A DNA stretch of 63,357 nucleotides, the filler included, from Octopus bimaculoides (lineage: Eukaryota), in NCBI RefSeq assembly GCF_001194135.2. It is 4 parts of 4 records of this genome, joined end to end, with 100 filler letters (N's around TTAATTAATTAA, not from the genome) between each part and the next. Parts side by side here need not be neighbours in the genome. Positions count along the whole stretch, not along the records: positions 1 to 24,465 come from NC_068985.1; 3 more parts are not named here. One strand, 5' to 3'. The notes under the pieces were generated by a model, which saw nothing but the letters and a program-made list of their open reading frames with translations, was not told the origin of the DNA and did not search any database. Shown one piece after another: positions 1 to 13,800 of this stretch (position 1 is its first letter; each line of letters opens with the position of its first letter). A program made the translations under genes and the position numbers.

Positions 1-43
<43 letters not shown>

Positions 44-100
44 GTGTGTATGTGTGTGTGTGTGTATGTGTGTGTGTGCGTGCGTGTGTGTACACACACA
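1..100. repeat. (TA)n/(TG)n compound microsatellite
   Basis: Directly visible dinucleotide runs; one of many such tracts (e.g. 3990-4205, 10740-10960, 28640-28900, 43468-43572, 52500-52705). Confidence 0.98.
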
Positions 101-2654
101 TATACACAGACGTTTATGTTGAAACAATACACTTTCAACTGAAGGACCGTCTGGTTCGACCTGTAACATTTCCAACCGATTGCAGTTCTTTGAATATAGA
201 GATAGTCTTGTGTGTTTCGTACATGTTTTCAGATGCTATAGCTGTAAATAATCTACCACGGAAATGCACTATTATGCATATAGAATGCATATCGCTGATA
301 TTGCTACCACGTGCCCTGGACCTTTGGAGCTAATCCTGACTCGGGCGGCGGATGTTTTTGTTGCGCAAAACATTCAATTTTAGTCTGCCCTGCAATCTTT
401 TCGATATCTTACACAGGAGACTTATGCACCTTTACAGAGGTAATCAAAATGATTGCGATTGGAGAGAGGGGGTTGAATGCATTTCATACATTCAATCAGT
501 ATAAATAAATCAGCAAATATTGAACATACAAACATCGTTTTCAAATACACACACACGTGCACCCGCGCGCGACTATTTACACATGCACACATACAAAACC
601 TATCTTCGATGTTCGTATTCTTTTAACTCCAAATATATATATATATATATATATAGAATAATATACTTGCGAGGTTTTCTTTGCATTTCATTCACACACA
701 TATATAGTGTGAATATGTGGTGTTTGTGTATACAGACATACATACATATGCATAGAAGTGTGTATATATNNNNNNNNNNNNNNNNNNNNNNNNNNNNNNN
801 NNNNNNNNNNNNNNNNNNNNNNNNNNNNNNNNNNNNNNNNNNNNNNNNNNNNNNNNNNNNNNNNNNNNNNNNNNNNNNNNNNNNNNNNNNNNNNNNNNNN
901 NNNNNNNNNNNNNNNNNNNNNNNNNNNNNNNNNNNNNNNNNNNNNNNNNNNNNNNNNNNNNNNNNNNNNNNNNNNNNNNNNNNNNNNNNNNNNNNNNNNN
1001 NNNNNNNNNNNNNNNNNNNNNNNNNNNNNNNNNNNNNNNNNNNNNNNNNNNNNNNNNNNNNNNNNNNNNNNNNNGTATGCGTATACATGTATGCATGTAT
1101 GTATGTATGTATTTTCTATATGTATCCACTCTTACTTACACACAGATTCTGAAAGTATAGAATCACTAACATGCACATATATAAATTGTTTTATTGATTA
1201 ACTTTAGTGAAGAGTAAAATTATCAAAGTCTGTCGGAAGAAATAAGTTATGTATCTCTAGTATCGTTGGCTGTTTTGGAGCGTGACTAAATGCTTCAAAA
1301 CATTTAAACATTTCTAGGAAATGAATAACAATGCTAAAATAACAATAATAAAAAAAAACAAAACTAAAACAATCCGCGAATGACATACTAGAATAATTCT
1401 TCTGCTCTTTGAATGGTATATTCAGAAAGGTCTATTTTGAACCGTTTTTGTGATTGTAAAGTAAATTTTATTTCAAATCTTCAAAGCAGACAATCAATTT
1501 TGAGTGATTTTCTATATATTTTTAATAAATTTTTTCATATTTTTATGAAAAAAATTATGGATAAAAGTACAAAATAACTATAAAATCATATTATTCAATA
1601 GAAAGTAGGAACATATCACTTTCTATGTAAATATATGAAAATTTAGGTATTGTTGATAGTGCTGCTGTCTCTGGTTATAGCTCTTGTTATGATATTTGGT
1701 AATGAATGTCCATGTGTGTGTGATATGATAAATCATTTATTCATAATGAGAGTGGTATTTGTTATGTTTCGACTTCATTTGATCTCCCCAATTTTGATTT
1801 TAGATTTTAACTCCAGCGGTGTTTTACTTTGATAGTTTAACAAAGACTTTGGCGAGCCAAATGAGTCAGTCGATTTAGCAAATGAATTGAATTATACAAA
1901 TACGATCGTTTTCAATCACACACGCACACAAGCTGATATACACAGAGAAACAAACGTATTCACGCCGGAGATAACAAAAACAGTCACATATACACAGAGA
2001 AACGCAGATATCAAAAAGTAACAAATTCGTTCTGTTATTTTCCTAATACTTTAATTACTTAAACAAATCCGGTTTTAACTAATTTCCCAAGTGATGTTGA
2101 AAGTGTAGGAATTATTCATAAAAGATGGCATTCATAATTTATTCTCACTAAATTAGCAGTTAGGATAATAGGATGGACTTTGCTTGCATGTTTGATAATT
2201 GTCCCTAGCAATAGGCATGACTTATAATATCAAGCGTGACCTCGTCTTTTTGTAAATTCTTAGTAATAGCATGATGGAATAATTAATTTTATCAAATGAA
2301 TTTGATTAATACAAGAAAGACTAGAATTTAATCCTCTGGAGAGATAAGATGTGTGGTCAATAGATGTCAAAGAATAAAGACTGCCTCGTCAAAACAATAT
2401 GAATCACAATATACTAGCTGTGAGGAGGGTTATTTGCATACAACTACTGCATATAAGAAACACGCTTATGATGGTGTTTATTGATCGTATTCATTGTTAG
2501 AACATGTTTCTTTGTTCAGAAAATTATTGCATTGCTAGCTACATTTTAACCTTATGTTACTTGTTATCAGAATGATATTTAGCGCAGCATTCAATCCTCG
2601 AACAGCACGGATTTGCGTTAAGTACACGCTGCTTCTAATTCACAGGCTACAATA

Positions 2655-2826
<172 letters not shown>

Positions 2827-3419
2827 TGAACAAGAATAAGACGATAAAAGAAAAGGAAGAGGAAGTACAACAAAAACATCAACGAAATAGAAGAAAAACA
2901 ACTTGTTTTATTTGGTATGTTTTCAGTAATGAATGAACACACAGACGCACACACACACACACCTACACGCACGTCCCCACACACACACAGACACACACAC
3001 ATATATATATATATATATGTACACGCAAGAACATTCAATAGGTGAAAAGCAATTTCAAAAAACATATTATATTGATGTCAGCCTGTAATCATATCTTCTG
3101 AATGAATTTCATGTCATCCCAAAGTTCGTTACATGCTGGACTAGGTTAAGTGACTTCAAAGCAACAGGTTTGTTACATCGAACATACATGAAAGATATTT
3201 GACGAGTTCACAAGTGTTCCCTGACATTGGAAATTACACAAAGACAGATACATGAATTCGATATATAATCATTAAACAAGGAAATTGATTAAGAACATAA
3301 GAAGAGGAATAATTCCGCGCTTGACCACACATATTTACTCTCTCCTTGGTCTATGTTTTGTCGTAATACTTGTAGTAGTTTGAATGTATATATAGGTATG
3401 TATATATACATTTACAAAA

Positions 3420-3750
3420 GGAAAGTTTTACAGCTGTTTCTGGGATATTTTATATAATCCTTCATCAGAGATGGTACGAGAAAATGGTTAAGCAATAGTT
3501 ATTATAGAGTAGATATGAAATACAGAGTGAAGTGGTGGAAGGAAAAGAGAAGTCAGATAAGTAAGGATATTTTATCTGCAGTTCTATTATTTGAGCAGAA
3601 TGATGTATATATAAATTTCGTGCACATTGTGTGTAGGTTTTAATGTTGCTTATAATTGGTCATTCCAAGCATAGAGTCTTGTAAAAGGTGTTATTCGATA
3701 GAGGGTTTTTTGAAGTGACCTAAAAGTTGGGAATGTGTTTGTAAGGTCAG
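3420..3750 (-). mobile_element. Probable Penelope-like element (PLE) 3' remnant with downstream degenerate hammerhead
   Basis: Minus frame ...LYRITPFTRLYAWNDQL*ATLKPTHN resembles the LKPxLN end of PLE GIY-YIG ORFs; a hammerhead-like motif follows about 150 nt downstream. Confidence 0.4.
3425..3472 (-). ncRNA. Degenerate minimal type-I hammerhead ribozyme motif (family H3)
   Basis: AUCU-CUGAUGA-AGGAU(uauauaaaau)AUCCCA-GAAA-CAGCUG-UA-AAAC; core boxes intact, helix III is the palindrome ACAGCUGU, helix I and the base of helix II are imperfect. Confidence 0.55.
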
Positions 3751-3979
3751 CTCAAAACAAAAGACAGAAGAAAAAAGGAAAAAAAAAACGAAGAGACACA
3801 ATGTGTGCTGTCAAGTGGTAAAATGATAGAAGGAAGAGAGAGGTGAGGGTGAAAGAGAGAGAAAGAGATGAGATGGTAAACAGTAAAGGAGTGTGAGGTA
3901 CGTTGTGATAGAGCTTAAGTGGAGAGGAGAGAGAGGGGTCATTCACATGTACACACTTGAATAATCATATATGCATATA

Positions 3980-4019
<40 letters not shown>

Positions 4020-4075
4020 CACACATATGTATAAATACATACATATACACGTACATAACACACACACACACACAT

Positions 4076-4144
<69 letters not shown>

Positions 4145-4166
4145 AATATGAATGTAGATATTAATA

Positions 4167-4205
<39 letters not shown>

Positions 4206-4244
4206 ATAAATATATATGTATATATGTATGTATATACATTACTT

Positions 4245-4360
4245 ACATTTGACGTTTATTTGTACTCGACTGATATACCCTGCAACCTTCATCGTGTGTC
4301 TTGGGGAAATTTCGTACCTGGGTTCTAGTTCCTAAGGTATGTTCGTTGCTGATGTTGTTG
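4245..4360 (-). mobile_element. SINE family E (hammerhead-bearing), degenerate 3' half
   Basis: Matches 22740-23030 and 59881-60161 (gtgtcttggggaaatttcg..cctgggttct..ttcctaaggtat); hammerhead core mutated. Confidence 0.85.
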
Positions 4361-4384
4361 TTGTGCACTCACTCCGGCACGATT

Positions 4385-4530
4385 GTCTTATTCATAGCTT
4401 CCGTCTACCACATTGATTCACACGGCATTGTTCGGCCTTCTGTTATTGTAGAAAACATATGCCGAAGATTCCTCGAAATGGAACCGAACCCCAGCTCATG
4501 TGATTGTTAATGCGAGCTTCTAAATGAAAC
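4385..4530 (-). mobile_element. SINE family B, degenerate 5' half
   Basis: cttccgtctacca...cggcc...tgtagaaaac...ggaaccgaaccc is the reverse complement of the 40122 copy head/core. Confidence 0.65.
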
Positions 4531-5182
4531 AGACTAACATGTATATCGATATATACATCTATATATCTTAACAAATCGTAAACCAAAATAGCCATTGTGA
4601 TTAAGTCAATATTTAACTATATTTGTTGGTAGAGACGTAGATGGCTATGAATTGATATTTTGTGAGAAAATATGTCGGAACAACGAACTGAGGAATTATT
4701 GTCTCCAGCAAAGTTCAAAGTAAACTTGAGGAAGAAGAATTGAGAAATGTTCTTTGAATACTGGATCTGCCAGACTTGATGATTCATTATCGCGATAAAT
4801 AGAGACATATAATGTCGACACAAGATTAAAAAAAAATATGCCAATATATTGATCGGGAATATTGTTAATACTGACTGATTATGCTGTATAATGATGATGA
4901 ATTTGGTTATGGTAATGATGGTGCTGATAACGATATTTTTGATGATGATAGTGAAGAAAAGGAGGAAGTTGAAGATTTTGTCAATTTGAGTGAGCTGTAA
5001 ATGTCGTGACTAGAGTTATTACTAACCAGTAGCTACATATGAGACGTCTGACATCTTATTTTTATCTTTCTTATGGTATGAAGCAGATTATTTTGTATAC
5101 TAATAGTTCTTCTATGCATACTGAACTTTACAAGATACGCGATGATATGTGGTTGTATTATAAAACACGTTCCTCCCAAGAC

Positions 5183-5213
<31 letters not shown>

Positions 5214-6411
5214 TATANNNNNNNNNNNNNNNNNNNNNNNNNNNNNNNNNNNNNNNNNNNNNNNNNNNNNNNNNNNNNNNNNNNNNNNNNNNNNNNNNNN
5301 NNNNNNNNNNNNNNNNNNNNNNNNNNNNNNNNNNNNNNNNNNNNNNNNNNNNNNNNNNNNNNNNNNNNNNNNNNNNNNNNNNNNNNNNNNNNNNNTATAT
5401 ATATATATATATATTATTTTGTCATTTAGATTTATGAAGATGTAAATTTTCGATTTAACTTTTCTTTTTTAGTCAAAGTTTAAATTCTAGGTACATTCTC
5501 TTGGGGATTATTTTTCAGATATTGCTTCAGAAAATTTTAAACATTTTTGTTTCTTCACAAGATATGAGAGCAATAAATTTAACTGCATGTACGTGTTATT
5601 AAGACTAAAATAGAAATATGTTCAATAAAGAATACATTTTTTTTCCTTCGCAAAGAAAATGGATTTTGCTCGATTCTTTATTTTGCTGTATGTTCATTAT
5701 TTCTTTCACCCACTTCCTACCATATTTTATTCTACTGTAACCGACGTTAGACAGTACAATAATTTACCAAAAACTGCCAGTTTAATATAACTATGACTAA
5801 ACAGCAAAACCACAAAATATTGTTCTCTTCATGAATATCACATGTCCATATATTTTAAATATATATCTTAAAAATGGAGGCATGTCTGTGTGGTTTCGAT
5901 GCTCGATCTACAAATATGTGGTCTCTGTTTCTATGCTTCTGTGCAGTACCTTGAGAAAGAGTATTTTCCTACCATAACACCACGCCCACTTATACCATGA
6001 GTAAGACAATTTGTGCCTGTGGATATTTTCACCGCTTTAGAGCTCCCGTTAGTGTTTATACCTAGCAAAATTGCTGGTGTAAACCCTTCGGCTGGTCCAC
6101 AAAAATTGATGAGGTCAAATGACGCAAATATGTAAATATAAATAAGTTCTTTCAAAATGTTAAAACAGAACGATGGTTAGAACCGACTTTTTAAAATTTA
6201 TTTTCTCTGATTTAGGTGACATATCTTGACATTCAAAGTCATACATGGCAATAACTAAACTTATCCTATTGAACTACGTTTAAACGGAAGCTATACCTGT
6301 TTAGACAATACCAAAATGTGACGAGAAAAAGTAACATACGTGTTATGCGACACTATTTTTATTTATATAGAGCAAAGCCATGATGAGGATTCTGCATATA
6401 TGTGTTCCCAA

Positions 6412-6634
6412 AAGGCGGCGAGCTGGCAGAAACGGTAGCTCGCCGGGCGAAATGTTTAGCGGTATTTCGTCTGCTGCTACGTTTTGAGTTCGAATTCCGC
6501 CGAGGTCGACTTTGCCTTTCATCCTTTCCGGGTCGATTAAATAAGTGCCAGTTACGCACTGGGGATCGATATAATCGACTTAATCCGTTTGTCTGTCCTT
6601 GTTTGTCCCCTCTGTGTGTAGCCCCTTGTGGGCA
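6412..6634 (+). mobile_element. SINE family A (tRNA-like head), near full length, tail type i
   Basis: ggcggcgagctggcagaaacg (A-box-like) ... gagttcgaattcc (B box) ... gtcgactttgcctttcatcc; many homologues in the window. Confidence 0.9.
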
Positions 6635-8368
6635 TTATTCGTATAGTCGTGCTTCATTTAACCATAGAAAAAATATTTTACACGTTGCTATGCAATTGAA
6701 ATCCAATAATTTCGCATGTGGGTGGTTGTGTTCTCCTGGCAAACATGTAACAGAATGTCCTCTCCTTAAACTTAAAAACAAAGCTGGGAAACTAATTCTT
6801 ATTTTCTTCAAATGATCTCTTCAAAAGATCTCACGAACAATCACGATTTTTTTCTTAATACATAGAAAACTAATTACAAAATGTATGTACTGCTCGGGTT
6901 TGTATAACATTTTAAATTAAATATTCGCATTCATGCTATAAGACTATTTGAATAATTTCCCTTTACCATTTTATCTTGAATTATACAATTACATAGACCA
7001 ACATTAAGATAAACCTTTTTCGATGCGAAATAATTTTCCAATGTTCCGCCAGCTGAGTTGCACCACAGTAAGCTTTTCAAGAATAGTAAATCCAAGTAGG
7101 TCAATAGCTATAAAAAGCAGGCTGCCTCTTTCCCCACTACAACTGTAACATTTGGTAAACAATTCTGAATATTATGAATTTATATTCTCTTCTCTGTGGC
7201 AGTGGATAACATCTGTCTTACGCTTTATTTGCTTAATGTATCACAAATATATTTCAGTAAATTATTATTTTTACGTATGACATGGGTTAAATTGTCGTCC
7301 AAGTCAATATTTTTCAAAATTACGTATTCCCTTCCTCATTCTCGGTAAATCTCAGATATTCTCATACGCCAATTCCTTTGCCTGTGGTGGTTTCAGTTTA
7401 TCTCAATATTTATCAAAACATCTCTATTTGTCAATGTTTCGAAACCATTGCAATATATTATATATAACATCCTTCCATTTTTTTCTAACCGCCTGACACC
7501 TGTCTATATAAAATCGAATGTGATATTTGTGTCTATATTGTAACTATTACCGTTGCTGTCGTAGTTGTTGATGAGCACTTCTGTTCACTAACTGATCTAT
7601 ATACGATGTATATAAGCTCACATACTTATGATCTAATATATATTCAAATGCGTTTCAGCCATGACCAATTCAATTTTTTTTTTCATAGGATTGCATTATT
7701 TCGGATATTTTCCTATATTTGTATCATGTCTTAAAGACCGACTTTCTATATTTCACTTTTCTGCCTGTAAGTCTGACTATTGAACTTTCTATCCTCATTC
7801 TCCTTTCATGATATGACTGTTTTATGTGTGTATATCAAAAGAAAAGATAAAAGATTTTTTTCTAGCTTAGACCAAACTGATTTCCTCATGCTCAGGAAAG
7901 AGAAAGAACAAAATTCTCTTCTTCAATATGTCTCTTAGTACCAGACAGATGTATTGGGTTTTATAATTTAAAAGAAGTTAAAAACACTAAAACAAGTTGT
8001 TTTCCTATTAGTTTTGTCTGTGATCTGCTTGAGATGAGAGCGAATATTTCTAGTCAATACTAGACGAATGTAATAGTAAACAGTTCATTAACTGATCCGA
8101 AATAAGGAATTTTTCCTTGTTATTGTTTTGTTGTATTTATCATTATTGATATTTTATTATATTTGCTTTGTTTTTTTGTTATTTGGAGTTTGGCTTACAT
8201 TGATCTTATAATTTTTTATTTGATTCTTTGTTACTTAGATTTTGATTTTGAAAATCACTTTAATTGAAATATTTGAAATGCTAGTGTCAATATATTGAGA
8301 CACATCACCCAGGGTAAAATACAACTAAACCTATAAAATCAATAACAATTAATATTAGTGTCTGAGTT

Positions 8369-8572
8369 AAGGCAGCGAGCTGGCCGAATCGTTAGAACGC
8401 CGGGCAGCATGCTAACTCTTTACGGACTGTGTTCAAATAACTCCGAGTCCAATTTTGCATTTCATCCTTTCGGGGCCTCTAAAATAAGTACTAGATAATA
8501 ACTGGCGTCCAATCGACACATCCCCTACCTCGTATTTTCTGGCCCTGTGCTAATATTTGAAGCCAGAATTAT
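8369..8572 (+). mobile_element. SINE family A, tail type ii
   Basis: Same head and ttgcatttcatcctttcgggg body as the 6412 copy. Confidence 0.85.
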
Positions 8573-8859
8573 TTGAGATTTGCAGCGGAGTTAAAAGGTG
8601 TTCATACTATTATGATGCTTGGTAGTAATATAATGACTAGTGGGGGAAGAATAATCTCAAATCGGGTTGTTCCCCACAGATCAATGGAGAAGACGTTTAG
8701 CACCAAACATACATGCCAGGACAGCACGTGTGAAATATCTCCAAGTGAGAATGTAGCTCATTTGTCTTGTATGCATGACTTTTATATATGTATGTAATGA
8801 TTGAATATTTAATAAGAAAAAAGAAAGTATTTTGGGAAATTAATATAATCGTTATTACT

Positions 8860-10200
8860 CTGAATGGCATGTGGGAGAATCAGACAGGGGCGTTATACGA
8901 AAGCCCTAAGTTTTGAGAGTACAGACGTTTTTCGCTGCTATCATTAAACAATCCATGTTTGATGGTGTCCAGTGACTGTAAAAAATCTGCATATACTGAG
9001 CTTTCTTTTCAAAAATATACAGCTATTGAGTGCACCTGTAATTGTATATGTAACTTTAAATTAACAATCACTAAGTATATGAAATCTACTACCACAGGTA
9101 TTAATAAAGGTATATGAATTTAATGAAACATGACTGGAAGTTGTTTCAGCAGATACCTCTAAAATCACATACTATACTGACATGATGTATATTTGACTGA
9201 CTGTAATAGCTCGCAAATGCTCAGAACACAACCCAGCCACAAATGCCTATATATGTTAAACGTTGCATTTGAAATATATTGTCCGAGGAGAAAAATCAAA
9301 ATCAAGAAATTACAAATGTTAGACTTTCCCAAAGAGGCTAAGATAAATGGTATTTGAGAAATTTTTTATAGCTTTTACGTGAATTGAAACAGTCAGGTGC
9401 TTTGCTTTATAATGTCATATGTTCCAAATAGTGGCCTCTAATCGTGATAAACTAGTGAAAAGGATTTGTGATGATTTCCATCCAGCGGTATTGCTAAACT
9501 TGTTCTGTGTATAGAATTCTTCATTTCGTCAAAAGTTGTTGATCAACATTTAGGTAGACATCAGGAAATAAACATAGTATCAAGATCAGTCGATAGTGAA
9601 GGCCATCCAGCGTCACTGCGTTATGGATCGAGTGTCCTGGAAACATTTGTCTCAAAACTGCCTTTGGAAGCGATACTTCTGATTCTCTAAGATCTGTGAA
9701 TTTGATTTCAAGAAAGTTATGATTCATTTCCACATGCCGATCAGACTGTACTGCAACTGTCCTCCTAAAAAAAAAAGTGAGAATCTCAGACAACAAAATT
9801 TGTAGCAACGTAACTCACAGTAACTAATTCTCTGAATTCAGGTCTGTTACGCAGCCAGCGCGATGAAAGTAAGCTTCGTTACTTGAGAGTAAAACATCAA
9901 AACAACGTGAATAATAACCTTCCACTAAGCCATTCCAAGAAAAAATTGGTGGAGTTCCTGAAGTATTAAACAATTTTAAGGACAGTAACGGAGATCAATG
10001 TATAACATTATTCTAACAGTTCAATCACCAATTACAAAAGAGTATCACCAGGATGAATAATTAGATGTTTAGGCAAATTCTAGAGTACGAAATCTTCAAG
10101 GACTTTCAACTAGTTCTGTTTTTGACATTCAATGTTTAGTCCAGAAGGGTTTAGCCACTGAGTTGAGTGTTTGTGCAACACTATATAACATCCTCAGCTT
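8860..10200 (-). pseudogene. Highly decayed CR1/L2-group LINE reverse transcriptase fossil
   Basis: Collinear stop-riddled motifs on minus: SPLLSLKLFNTS..WKV, FLKSNSQILENQKYRFQ, ITGALNSCIFLKRKLSIC, KLRAFV*RP; resemblance by eye only. Confidence 0.4.
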
Positions 10201-10739
10201 GAAACATTTCGTCTTAGACCATAATGAATACGAAAGATTTCTACGTCGAAATTGTAGATTCAGCATTTTTGATAAAAGTCTCAACAGTAAATACACAGTA
10301 TGACTTGCCCAAAGAAATCGCAATAAACATTCCGCTCCGTGATTAAAATCTGCCACAGCATTACCCATGTTAAATATGAGAGATTTATAGGAAGAGAACC
10401 AATTCTAGTTAGTGTAAGTGTGAAGTATTAAAGACCAAAAGCATTGAACATACAGATTCATTGTAATTTGCATATATTGAAAAACAGCCACAAAAAGAAA
10501 CGCTCTCATACAAGTATGCATGTTTGCTCATACACACCCACACCCACACGCGCGCTCGCTCGCATGCACGTACATACTTGCTTATGTATAAATATATATG
10601 CATGTGTGTGTATTTGTGTAAGGCATATCCATGTAAGTATAAATCTATCCATCTATATATCTGTGTCTTTCAATGAATCTGTCTCATTCTGTTTTTCTGT
10701 CTCTGTTTCCGTCTCTCTCGCTACACGCACTTATATACA

Positions 10740-10851
<112 letters not shown>

Positions 10852-12163
10852 TGTGGGTGTGTATGTGTGTGTATGTGGGTGTGTGTGTGTCTGTATATAT
10901 GTTCGTATGCGTGCGTGTGCGCGTGAGTGTGTGTGTGTGTGTATATACACACACACACGCACACACACACGCACATACATATCTATGCTTGCGTGCGTGA
11001 GAGTGAGTGTGTGTGTAAATGTAGAGTGAGGGAGAGAGAGATAGAGTGAGAACGATATGTGTGTATATATATATATATCGCATACATGTAAGCATATATA
11101 GTTGTACTATAAATAATGTGTTTGTAATGTGATTGTATGTATGTGCTATTTTCTATCTGTGTGTAATAAATCCCGAGTTTACAGCTTAGTTCTGCTGTTT
11201 CAGCGACTTCTATGTCCCGGTTTCTACCTAAGTGTTACGGACTAAGTGAAGGAAAATAAACGCTAATATGTTATCAAGGTTGCTTTCCTTCCACTTTCTC
11301 CTTTACTGATGTACTAAAACAGTAGTGTTTTTACTTCTGCTCGGAATGCGATGAGGTCCCAGTCGCTTATCAAATCATGTGCTATTCCTTCGGTTGCATC
11401 AGGCACTCATGTGCAATGATGCGTGCACACAAAGGAAATTGGATTCCAGTTCTGTGAATACACGATTAGTGAGAGCAAAGTCACTGGCCATTTGAGCTGT
11501 AAATATCCCGTCCTCGCTCTCGCATTGTACTGCTTTATACAGCTCTCTGCCATTTCTTTTAATATATGACGAATTCAAGCAAGATCTATCTACATTTCTC
11601 AATCAACTCTCTCTTCCACAATGTCTCTCCTCTCACTCGTTCTTTCTCTGTCTTTCTCCCCCTTTCTCCCCCCTCTCTCAATCATTCTCTCTTTCCCTTC
11701 ATCGCTGTTATTCTCTCTGTCTGTCTTTCTCTCTCTGCTTCCCTCAACCTCTCTGTATCTTACACTTTCTAAATGTGTCTACCTTTGTTTCTCTCTCTAT
11801 CTACATTTATCTATGACGCTAAGTTCCTCTCACTGTGTGTGTCTCTCTCTCTGCCTCTCTGTATCTCTCTCTCTCTCTCCTAGTAATCTAGCTCTCGGAC
11901 ATTTATACGAAAAGAATGAGAAAAACTAAAAGTACCAGAGCAATAACAAAAAAGAGACACGCGTTATAATGTCATGAATTAAATATAAATCTTGGTCCCT
12001 CACATCGGTAGAAGAATGACAAATGAACGTTATTTTAGGAATTTCTTCATATTTTCATAACTTCAGGATATTTTCTTTTCATCAAGGCTACCAATATCAC
12101 TTCACAAATACTATCTTCCTTTCCACTTAAAACACGTCATCCATTGAGATTTCGTGTTGCCTT

Positions 12164-12280
<117 letters not shown>

Positions 12281-13614
12281 AATATTTGATATCACTGTTC
12301 AGTAGTGATATAATTGCTCTGTTGGGTTTCAGCCCGGTAGTACTTTGCTAAGACAAACGCACGTCAACGGCGTCGCCATTAACTCGTGTCTTAGTATGGA
12401 ATCTATAACGGGAGAGAGTGAGCTTCTTAATCTTGATGGGTGCCAAGGTTGCTAGCGCTTGAAGTGGATGCTCTGGCCGAGGACTGTATAGNNNNNNNNN
12501 NNNNNNNNNNNNNNNNNNNNNNNNNNNNNNNNNNNNNNNNNNNNNNNNNNNNNNNNNNNNNNNNNNNNNNNNNNNNNNNNNNNNNNNNNNNNNNNNNNNN
12601 NNNNNNNNNNNNNNNNNNNNNNNNNNNNNNNNNNNNNNNNNNNNNNNNNNNNNNNNNNNNNNNNNNNNNNNNNNNNNNNNNNNNNNNNNNNNNNNNNNNN
12701 NNNNNNNNNNNNNNNNNNNNNNNNNNNNNNNNNNNNNNNNNNNNNNNNNNNNNNNNNNNNNNNNNNNNNNNNNNNNNNNNNNNNNNNNNNNNNNNNNNNN
12801 NNNNNNNNNNNNNNNNNNNNNNNNNNNNNNNNNNNNNNNNNNNNNNNNNNNNNNNNNNNNNNNNNNNNNNNNNNNNNNNNNNNNNNNNNNNNNNNNNNNN
12901 NNNNNNNNNNNNNNNNNNNNNNNNNNNNNNNNNNNNNNNNNNNNNNNNNNNNNNNNNNNNNNNNNNNNNNNNNNNNNNNNNNNNNNNNNNNNNNNNNNNN
13001 NNNNNNNNNNNNNNNNNNNNNNNNNNNNNNNNNNNNNNNNNNNNNNNNNNNNNNNNNNNNNNNNNNNNNNNNNNNNNNNNNNNNNNNNNNNNNNNNNNNN
13101 NNNNNNNNNNNNNNNNNNNNNNNNNNNNNNNNNNNNNNNNNNNNNNNNNNNNNNNNNNNNNNNNNNNNNNNNNNNNNNNNNNNNNNNNNNNNNNNNNNNN
13201 NNNNNNNNNNNNNNNNNNNNNNNNNNNNNNNNNNNNNNNNNNNNNNNNNNNNNNNNNNNNNNNNNNNNNNNNNNNNNNNNNNNNNNNNNNNNNNNNNNNN
13301 NNNNNNNNNNNNNNNNNNNNNNNNNNNNNNNNNNNNNNNNNNNNNNNNNNNNNNNNNNNNNNNNNNNNNNNNNNNNNNNNNNNNNNNNNNNNNNNNNNNN
13401 NNNNNNNNNNNNNNNNNNNNNNNNNNNNNNNNNNNNNNNNNNNNNNNNNNNNNNNNNNNNNNNNNNNNNNATTTTCTTTCTTGAGGCAACACTTGAGGTA
13501 TTTTCTTTCTTGTATACCATAAATATTTGCAGTTTTATGGAACGGCGGTGTGTAACATTTTTTAAGAAGACACTGTATTTCACTTTGATCCAGTCCATTC
13601 ACCTGGCAAAAATG

Positions 13615-13800
13615 AGTTGTACCTGTATTTCAAAGGGCCAGCCTTGTCACATTCTGTGCTACGCTGAACCTGCCTGAAAACTACTTTAGGAGCACGCGTG
13701 CGTGTAGAGTGCTCATACACTTGAAAATGTACGGTTCACAAGTGGTCTGTTCTTTTGACCAGATCAACTGGAAACCGTAAAGTCGTAACCGCCGGAGTGC
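13615..13800 (+). mobile_element. SINE family D, 3' part
   Basis: tgtacctgtatttcaaagggccagccttgtcac ... gatcaactggaaacc..gtcgtaaccg matches 55644-56018. Confidence 0.8.

Noticed and set aside
12340-13610. Higher-GC sequence flanking the 979-N gap as a single gene
   Set aside because: The flanking peptides are unrecognisable and the frame across the gap cannot be determined.
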